DNA from: Deltaproteobacteria bacterium
GTDB taxonomy: Bacteria > Desulfobacterota > Desulfobaccia > Desulfobaccales > 0-14-0-80-60-11
Reading direction: 5' to 3'
Length of the DNA stretch: 64,000 nucleotides
Assembly: GCA_021813445.1 (NCBI GenBank)
Contig: JAKAKP010000133.1
Location: forward strand, 12,937-76,936
Position numbers and translations under genes: made by a program. This document shows, piece after piece, positions 57,396 through 64,000 of this stretch; position 1 is the first letter of the stretch; the number at the start of each line of letters is the position of its first letter. The notes under the pieces were generated by a model. The model saw only the letters and a program-made list of their open reading frames with translations. It was not told where the DNA came from and did not search any database.

Positions 57396-59642
57396 TCATT
57401 CCACTCCCTCCGCAGGACGCAGGCGGGCCAGGGCTGCTATTAAATCCCCCGCCCACCGGTAGATATTGTTCTCCCTTATCACTGTGCGCATGCGCCCCAT
57501 GCGTTCGCTTTTCTCTCGCGGTTCCATTACCAGGGAACGATGGAGAGCGTCTGCCATTTCTTCGATATCGTAGGGATTTATTATCAGGGCGTCGGTGAGT
57601 TCCCTGGAGGCGCCCGTGAACTGGCTCAAGATTAAAACGCCGTCATCGTCATCGCGGACGGAGACGAATTCCTTGGCCACCAGGTTCATCCCGTCATGCA
57701 GGGAAGTGACCATGCAGACGTCGGCCGCCTTGTAGAAAGGATAGATTTCCTCATGGCTGTGATGGGCCTTTAAAAATAGGATCGGGTTCCACTCCCTGGT
57801 CTGAAATCGCCAGTTTATGCTGTCTGCGGTCTCCTCCACTTCGGCCATGAAGTCGCGGTATTTCTTAATATGGGTGCGGCTGGGAGCCCCCAACTCCACG
57901 AAGGTGAATCGCCCGATGAATTCAGGATATTTTTCCAGAAAGCGTTCCACTGCCCGGAAGCGCTCCGGGATGCCTTTGGTGTAGTCGATACGGTCCACTC
58001 CCACGCCCAGGTACCTGGCCTGCACTCCTCTTTCCTTGAGAAGTTGTTGCCTCAGCGGCAGGCTTTCCCTCTTGGCGGCTTCCCTGTCCGTGGAATTTTC
58101 AAAGCTCACGCTGATCGGGAAGGGTTTTACCAGGGTCGTATGGCCGCTCCGGCTAACCGAAAATTGTTCCCAATCTGTCTTGGACTCCAGGAAACGGTCC
58201 ACTGTGTCCAGGAAATTATTACAGTGAAACTGTATGTGGAAACCCAAGAGGTCGGCTCCGAGCATGCCCATCAGGATCTCCTGCTGCCAGGGGCAGATGG
58301 CAAATGCTTCCGGATTGGGCCAGGGTATATGCCAGAATAGCGCCACCCGGGCATCGGGGCGCTTCTCCTTCACCAGCAGCGGCAACAGCGCCAGGTGGTA
58401 ATCCTGGATCAGCACCAGGGGGGCTTCCTCTTCGGCGATTTCTTGCAGCAGGTTTTCCGCGAACTTCTCATTTACCTTCTGGTAGTTAATCCAGTCATCT
58501 AGACGAAAAATCGGACGGTTATGGGCAATATGGCAAAGCGGCCATAGACCCTCATTTGAGAACCCGTAATAGTAGCCCTTTTCCTCCTCTTTTGAAAGCC
58601 AAACTCTCTTTAAAGTATATTCCGGCTTTTCGGGGGGCACGCGCACCTTGTCATTGGCGTCCACGGTTTCCCGGTCGGCTTCTCCGCCGCCGTGGGCGAG
58701 CCAGAGTCCGTCGCAGATGCGCATCACCGGGTCGAGGGCGGTGACTAGGCCGCCGGCGGGCACAATGCATTTCACGGTATGTCCTTCGTTGATATGCATG
58801 TAAGGCTCGCGGTTGGATGCCAAAAACAGTTTCTTGCCGCTAAGTTCGACGCTCATTTGCTCCTTCAGCCGGCGGGCGGTCCAAAGCGAAGCGGTGCTGA
58901 AACGCCGTCTGGCCTCTGCATCCGCTCTAGCGCGGGCCACGGCAAGGCTCTTGGCCATGTTCGTCGCCTCGTTTACCAGAGAGGCGAGGATGTCTCCCCG
59001 GGGAAATGGGGCTGGCTGGCCGCCCTTGCCTTTACCGGTCCTGGCCTCCCTCATCCATTGGGCGATTTGGGCGATGGGGCCGGTGATACTCCACCTGACT
59101 ACGACCACGGTGATGAGAACAATAAGAAAGGTATAAATGAGAAACCTGAGCAGGTTATACTTCCAGATCTCTCTTAATCTGACGCCGATATATGTGGCAT
59201 CAGTGAAGAGGGCCATGGCTCCGGTAATCTTCCCGTCCGTCTTGAGAGGCAGGACATAGGCGTAAATGTCTTTCCCCTGGATATCTATTAATTCGCCTAA
59301 AGGCCTATCCTTCAAAATAGCTTTGACCGCAGCCGGAAAAGGTTGGGGGGTCAGCGACTTGAGTTCCGGCGTGGCGGTTATCATCTTCCCGTCCGTGCCG
59401 AATACGGCAACACCTTCGAACCTCTCATACTTTACGACCAGCCGGTTCAGCCATTCGGGGAGCCCTACCCCCTCCAAGGAGGAAACGGATTCCTTGAGGC
59501 TGTCCGCAAGAATCGCCGCCCTACGATCCAGGTCAACAGTCATGCGGCTTTTTTCCTGGTTCACTTGGTAATATGAAAGTATTGCCGTGACGATCGCCAC
59601 TACAATTACCAGGGACAACAGCAGGCGAAAGGTGATTTTCAT
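57396..59642 (-). CDS. otsA: Membrane sensor-HAMP / trehalose-6-phosphate synthase (GT20, OtsA) fusion
   Basis: TM1, a ~140-aa periplasmic segment, TM2 and a HAMP-like linker ([17 protein letters not shown]...). Then the GT20 core ([40 protein letters not shown]). Confidence 0.8.
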   Translation of the reverse strand: MKITFRLLLSLVIVVAIVTAILSYYQVNQEKSRMTVDLDRRAAILADSLKESVSSLEGVGLPEWLNRLVVKYERFEGVAVFGTDGKMITATPELKSLTPQPFPAAVKAILKDRPLGELIDIQGKDIYAYVLPLKTDGKITGAMALFTDATYIGVRLREIWKYNLLRFLIYTFLIVLITVVVVRWSITGPIAQIAQWMREARTGKGKGGQPAPFPRGDILASLVNEATNMAKSLAVARARADAEARRRFSTASLWTARRLKEQMSVELSGKKLFLASNREPYMHINEGHTVKCIVPAGGLVTALDPVMRICDGLWLAHGGGEADRETVDANDKVRVPPEKPEYTLKRVWLSKEEEKGYYYGFSNEGLWPLCHIAHNRPIFRLDDWINYQKVNEKFAENLLQEIAEEEAPLVLIQDYHLALLPLLVKEKRPDARVALFWHIPWPNPEAFAICPWQQEILMGMLGADLLGFHIQFHCNNFLDTVDRFLESKTDWEQFSVSRSGHTTLVKPFPISVSFENSTDREAAKRESLPLRQQLLKERGVQARYLGVGVDRIDYTKGIPERFRAVERFLEKYPEFIGRFTFVELGAPSRTHIKKYRDFMAEVEETADSINWRFQTREWNPILFLKAHHSHEEIYPFYKAADVCMVTSLHDGMNLVAKEFVSVRDDDDGVLILSQFTGASRELTDALIINPYDIEEMADALHRSLVMEPREKSERMGRMRTVIRENNIYRWAGDLIAALARLRPAEGVE

Positions 59643-59697
59643 AATTACCTCATCCTCGATTTCACTCCTGAACTCTTCCCAAAGGGGATAAAATTCT

Positions 59698-59846
59698 CAT
59701 CATAAGCAGCACCCTCTTGTGGAAAAGATATTTCCCTCCCCAGGGTTAGGTAAGACTGCCTGTCGGTTAACGGTCTGTTGATGTTGGTGGCCGTGGAAGA
59801 CAGAAAGGAAGCCGCCCCGGCCTGGATTGCAGATTGTTGATCAGTT
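59698..59846 (-). repeat. Promoter/leader cassette, copy C
   Basis: CAACAGACCGTTAACCGACAGGCAGTCTTACCTAACCCTGGGGAGGG...TTTTCCACAAGAGGGTGCTGCTTATG plus the distal block AACAATCTGCAATCCAGGCCGGGGC. Confidence 0.6.
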
Positions 59847-60101
59847 ACAGGAAAGGAAAATCAGCAAATAAAAAACGTGCTGGGAATCAATCTGGCAACA
59901 GCAAGAAGGCCTTCTGTTCGTTAACTGACTATCATCCTACAAGAAATAAAAAAGGTGTCAACCCCGGCGATGAACGAGATGGAGATAATTTATTGAATTT
60001 ATTATTTTAATTTCACTGGTTGACAATTTGGTGCGGGAATTTAAATAAGCCGAGATTATTCAATAATAGCTCAGGGTGACAGGAAAAGGTTTGCAAGAGT
60101 T

Positions 60102-61007
60102 CTAAGGTGACATTTGCATGGAACCCGGCTGACCTGCATGGTTTGAAATTGAGAAATCTTCGGAGAGGTTCTCCTGACGATTCTGGAGGCGTTGATGGCG
60201 GAGATGGAAAAGAAGCCGGGCCGACTCGGGAGAAATGAGGGTCAGGCGGATAAAACGGGCCTGGCAAAATTCAGGGTTGCCGGTGAATGCCTCGATAATT
60301 TCCTGGGCCCATCTTAATCTGGTTTCCTTTTCGCCATAAGTCCGGCATAGTTCCCTAATACCGGTGGCATAGCGCCTCAATTTCACCTGCAACGGTGACG
60401 GCGTCCGGCGCCATAGGCCCTGGCCCCGCAGGGCAAACGCCCTTTGCAACCGCCCCTGCACCCTTAGAGTCCCGGGGGCCAGAGGCTGGTCCAGCATCAC
60501 CCGGGCCGTCTGCAAAATCCCTTGATGGGCTTCGGTTAGCACCCGCCCGGCAAGACGCCGGGTAGCCAGGTATTGGTCCTCCAGGCGTCGGCGTGCGTTG
60601 GTCAGTCTATCTTCCTGGGCCTGCCATTGCAGGTAGGCTACTTTCATGGTATTCCGGGGCCAAAAGAGCAGGATCATCTTTTGATACATATTTATTTTGC
60701 CGGGCTGGTGGCGTTTTCCTGCATGATCGCGGCCACGTCGATCTTTAACACCAGGTTGACGCTGCGATACTGCCGATAAATCATCTCCGGATTCTCTCCT
60801 GGGGCCAGGGTGCGCTTCTGGCACGGCAGCGTCTTCCTGGTAGACATTGATTTGGTAGTTGCCCTTTTTCAGTTTTTTCAAACCGGTGCCTCGCAGGGCC
60901 ACCACCTGGTACTTTCCCGGGTTACGCAACAACGGTGCATATACCCGGTTTTGGGTGGGAAGGCCAAAAACGGTGCCTTTCTCTAATTTGGTAGGGGTGA
61001 GTCGCAA
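60102..61007 (-). CDS. Hypothetical protein, possibly degraded
   Basis: Only a TTG start is available. The frame stays open upstream to a stop at 61113 with no ATG. The Arg-rich helical C-terminal half has no recognisable motif. Confidence 0.3.
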   Translation of the reverse strand: MRLTPTKLEKGTVFGLPTQNRVYAPLLRNPGKYQVVALRGTGLKKLKKGNYQINVYQEDAAVPEAHPGPRRESGDDLSAVSQRQPGVKDRRGRDHAGKRHQPGKINMYQKMILLFWPRNTMKVAYLQWQAQEDRLTNARRRLEDQYLATRRLAGRVLTEAHQGILQTARVMLDQPLAPGTLRVQGRLQRAFALRGQGLWRRTPSPLQVKLRRYATGIRELCRTYGEKETRLRWAQEIIEAFTGNPEFCQARFIRLTLISPESARLLFHLRHQRLQNRQENLSEDFSISNHAGQPGSMQMSP

Positions 61008-62233
61008 GGTCTCGGCCCGGGGCGGCGGCGGGCAGCAGAGGAGGCGCAGCCGGGTCTGGGGGGCCAGCGTTACCGGCGCGGCAGAACCACGATTGGTACC
61101 CGTTGCCGCGGCCTAATCTGCAGAGAACGTGACGCCTAGATAGAAAGTTGAATGATTAGCAAACGGGTTGGGGCCCGAAAGGGTTCTTCGGGAAAGGGAT
61201 TTGTATCGCTCGCCATCTCCTTTTCACCTTATAGCCTTGAAGGCAAAAAAATATGGCTAAGAGAAAATCTAAATCCCAAATCATTGAGTGGCTCATTTTC
61301 GCCTTCTCCGGATATTTCGGGAGTGCAAGAGCCAGATAGAGGTGTTATGGCTAAGTAAGTAGTGGAGGATTGAGATAGATGGACCGGAATAATTCTGGCA
61401 CCACCTTATGATCCTGCCTATTCGATGACTGCATGACTCCGCCAAAAGAGGTATCAATTGCCAGACAATCTCTCGGAGTCCTCTCAATTAGTGTTCCACC
61501 TTGATCAATAGTGCATCCCGCATCTTGGTGGCGATTTCAGCCAAGTCGCCAAGTAACCAGCTGCTATGTTATTCTTATTTCGAGAAAGATATCAATAACC
61601 AGAGTGACCATTTTTTTATGCTCAAAATGATTATGGAATTAATATTGGATAGAATATTGGCTGGAAAGATTGTAGTTAAGTAACTAAACGGTCTCTGCCT
61701 AGTCTTTAACATAGCTCAGGCGGCTCCTTCCGTGTCTGGCGTGGCAGAGATGTTTCACTGAGCAGGCCTTCACAGGCCTTTATTTAGTGGCTGCTGTAAG
61801 CGACACTTACACAGATGGTATTTGAAAGTCCTATATTCTGCTCTCTAACTAACAGGCCCCGCCATACAGTCTTCAGAGCCGAACTGGGGTGTCAATATCT
61901 TACCATTTCTGGATGCTCCCTTATTTACCGGATATCTCTTGCCACTTGCATAACTTATTACGAAATTCAATAAGTTGAATGTTTGATCTTCATATCCTCC
62001 CAGGGGCATTGTGCGCAGGTTATTTCAAGTATCTTTACCCGGAGAAAGTCAGAATGCCTGGGATGAACTACAGGGAATAATGAAGGTCCAGAAGTGAAGC
62101 TTGGGGTTTCCTTGACCCCGGCGCCGGTGGCACGGATTTCCGAAAGTTCGAAGGAGAAAGGTAACTCTCTCAATCGGTTTTCTGACGCTGTCATACCGCC
62201 TGGTAACTTACCCCATAGAGTTAAGGCATCTTT

Positions 62234-62387
62234 CCTAATTGCCAGGACGAAAGTCACCTGCTTCGCCAAAAAACCCAATGGGAACATTACCTGATATTTA
62301 CTGTAAACTATATCTTTAAAATCACATTGTTCCTAAAGAGCCTGAACGAAAGTCACCTACTTCACCATAAAATCTAATGGGAACATT
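62234..62387. repeat. Two imperfect ~55-bp direct repeats
   Basis: cctaattgccaggacgaaagtcacctgcttcgccaaaaaacccaatgggaacatt (62234-62288) versus cctaaagagcctgaacgaaagtcacctacttcaccataaaatctaatgggaacatt (62332-62387). Confidence 0.7.
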
Positions 62388-62468
62388 TGGGGAACATCTA
62401 GGGTATGCTGTAAATTTTTATAGAAAATTAAAAAGTAAGGAAAGATAGACTATTACTGGATTTCAAGG

Positions 62469-62543
62469 TGGAGGCGGCATCCGGATTCGAACCGGAGAAT
62501 AACGGTTTTGCAGACCGTTGCCTTACCACTTGGCTATGCCGCC
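62469..62543 (-). tRNA. tRNA-Cys: tRNA-Cys (anticodon GCA), CCA encoded
   Basis: Minus strand: GGCGGCATAGCCAAGTGGTAAGGCAACGGTCTGCAAAACCGTTATTCTCCGGTTCGAATCCGGATGCCGCCTCCA. Acceptor stem pairs, T-loop GGTTCGAATCC, anticodon loop CTGCAAA. Confidence 0.9.
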
Positions 62544-62552
62544 CAAAAAATA

Positions 62553-62627
<75 letters not shown>

Positions 62628-62711
62628 TCGGCAGTAACTTTTTAATTTTTGCAAAATTCCCGCGCTTGTCAAGGGGAAAAAGTCCTTATTCGTTTCCATG
62701 AAGGCGAAAAA

Positions 62712-62835
62712 CTTCACCACAAAGGCACAAAGACACAGAGGTTCACCAAGAAATAATTTATGGCCTTGGCGCCTGGCGCCAAGGCTATAAAAATACTTTG
62801 TGCACCTTCGTGCTCTTGGCGTCTTGGTGGTGAAG
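62712..62835. repeat. REP-like inverted repeat
   Basis: cttcaccacaaaggcacaaagacacagagg versus ctttgtgcaccttcgtgctcttggcgtcttggtggtgaag, flanking the palindrome ccttggcgcctggcgccaagg. A related unit cttggcgtcttggcgtgagg is at 8100-8128. Confidence 0.6.
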
Positions 62836-62840
62836 TCTGG

Positions 62841-64000
62841 TCACTTTTCCTCGCCGGAGCTGAACAGACCCAATTGGGCCGATTCTTTCCCCGCCCGCCG
62901 CCGGGGCCGGGCCAGCCGGGGCAGGCCCGTGGGGTCCAGGGTCCCGGCCTCCAGGTTCTCCAGCACCTCCTGGGCCCGGGCGATCACCTTGGCGGGCACT
63001 CCCGCCAGTTGCGCCACCTGGATGCCGTAACTCTGGGAGGCCGCGCCCGGAGCCAGCCGGTGCAGAAAGACGATCTGCCCGCCGGATTCGGCCACCAGCA
63101 CCTGGAAATTACGCACCCGGGGCCTGAGGCGGCTGAGCGCGGTGAGTTCCTGGTAGTGGGTGGCAAACAGGGTCTTGACGCCCGTGCCCTCCAGGTCGTG
63201 GAGGTTTTCCGCCACCGCCCAGGCCAGGGCCAGCCCGTCGAAAGTGGAGGTGCCCCGGCCGATTTCATCCAGGATCACTAGGCTCCGGGGCGTGGCCTGG
63301 TGGAGGATGCGCGCGGTTTCGTGCATCTCCACCAGAAAGGTGCTCTGGCCCCGGCCGATGTCGTCCACCGCGCCCACCCGGGTGAAGATGCGGTCGGTGA
63401 GCCCCACCACCGCTTCACTCGCGGGCACAAAGCTCCCCATCTGGGCCAAAAGCACGGTCAGGGCCACCTGCCTGAGTATCGTGGACTTGCCGGACATGTT
63501 GGGGCCGGTGACAATGAGGACCTGGGACTCCTGGTCCAGGGCGATATCGTTGGGCACGAAGCTTCCCGGAGCCAGGGTGCGCTCGATCACCGGATGGCGG
63601 CTCTGGGTGAGGTGCAGCACCGGCTCCGCCACCACCCGGGGGCGGCAATAGCGGTTTAAGGCCGCCACTTCCGCCAGGGCCGCAAGCACGTCCAGCCGGG
63701 CCAAGGCCGCGGCCACCTTTTTGAGGCGGGGGGCTTCTCCCCCTAAACGGTGGCGCAGTTGCTGGAAGAGTTCCACCTCCCGTTTCAGGCGTTCGTCTTC
63801 CGCGTGCAGTACCCGGGTTTCATATTCCTTCAACTCCGAGGTGATGAAGCGCTCGGCGTTCACCAGGGTCTGCTTGCGGATGTAATCCTTAGGCACCCGG
63901 TCCAGATTGGCCCGGGAGACCTCCAGGTAATAGCCAAAGACTTTGTTATATCTGACCTTCAGGGAACTGATGCCGGTACGGGCCCGTTCCTGGCTTTCCA
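62841..64000 (-). CDS. mutS: DNA mismatch repair protein MutS, C-terminal part (5' end outside window)
   Basis: Walker A GPNMSGKST, plus STFLVEM and DEIGRGTST. The frame stays open beyond 63896 to the window edge (...GYYLEVSRANLDRVPKDYIRKQTL). Confidence 0.92.
   Translation of the reverse strand, partial: ESQERARTGISSLKVRYNKVFGYYLEVSRANLDRVPKDYIRKQTLVNAERFITSELKEYETRVLHAEDERLKREVELFQQLRHRLGGEAPRLKKVAAALARLDVLAALAEVAALNRYCRPRVVAEPVLHLTQSRHPVIERTLAPGSFVPNDIALDQESQVLIVTGPNMSGKSTILRQVALTVLLAQMGSFVPASEAVVGLTDRIFTRVGAVDDIGRGQSTFLVEMHETARILHQATPRSLVILDEIGRGTSTFDGLALAWAVAENLHDLEGTGVKTLFATHYQELTALSRLRPRVRNFQVLVAESGGQIVFLHRLAPGAASQSYGIQVAQLAGVPAKVIARAQEVLENLEAGTLDPTGLPRLARPRRRAGKESAQLGLFSSGEEK

Noticed and set aside
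54370-59846. Sigma-54 -24/-12 promoters inside the thrice-repeated cassette. Candidates examined: GGGCACcatcgTTAAC in copy B, and TGGATTGCAGAyTGTT on the opposite strand.
   Set aside because: The GG/GC spacing or the -12 GC is wrong. The candidate is not conserved among the three copies, or it points away from the genes.
62090-62170. ggtggcacggatttccgaaagttcgaaggagaa considered as a degenerate duplicate of the tRNA-Cys 3' end (att scar) or as a tRNA pseudogene.
   Set aside because: Similarity depends on an 8-nt gap and a few short matches. No cloverleaf can be folded, so it is too weak to call.

Overview
By eye this is a GC-rich 64 kb chromosomal window from a diderm bacterium (it has LpxC and a beta-barrel OMP). 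The anaerobe-type metabolism suggests a Desulfobacterota/deltaproteobacterium-like organism, but that is inference only. Evidence for it includes NifU/NifS, 2-oxoacid:ferredoxin oxidoreductase, ThiH, two sigma-54 activators and many REP-like palindromes.

Order of content:
- Partial GH57 branching enzyme, lpxC, and a beta-lactamase-fold/NamZ(DUF1343) fusion lipoprotein.
- An OMP and a TPR/PMT-like membrane protein.
- A minus-strand nifU-nifS-cysE-(TMEM175-like)-cysK cluster.
- A decayed NrfA-like relic.
- An IHF-beta-like gene abutting a large (Alu-domain) SRP RNA.
- gpmA, an AT-rich orphan ORF, and a Pat-type protein acetyltransferase.
- A chemosensory patch: PAS-CheW, an MCP and a stand-alone Cache protein.
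- A PAS sigma-54 activator next to a GltD-like/ferredoxin fusion, OFOR alpha/beta/gamma, a CoA ligase and an MFS transporter.
- thiC-thiG-thiH, a nitroreductase and a HIT protein.
- TauE plus a multi-rhodanese protein, and an esterase.
- A visibly AT-richer island: integrase fragment, PKD/YD protein, CPBP protease, Rhs protein, IS630/DUF4143 chimera and an otsA relic.
- A minus-strand trehalose/envelope cluster: treT, otsB, an NtrC-type regulator, duplicated SH3b genes, a tandem GNAT, a transglutaminase-like protein and a sensor-HAMP-OtsA fusion. A promoter/leader cassette is repeated three times in this cluster.
- A gene-poor tract, tRNA-Cys, tRNA-Gly and partial mutS.

No rRNA, CRISPR array or intact transposase was seen.

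The most unusual items are:
- the Rhs protein with a proline-rich tip coupled to a CPBP protease;
- the membrane-sensor OtsA fusion and the repeated cassette;
- the ihf-SRP RNA adjacency;
- the stand-alone Cache protein next to the MCP;
- the NAD(P)-linked OFOR operon.

Coordinates I derived by hand (RNAs, motifs, alternative starts) may be off by 1-2 nt.
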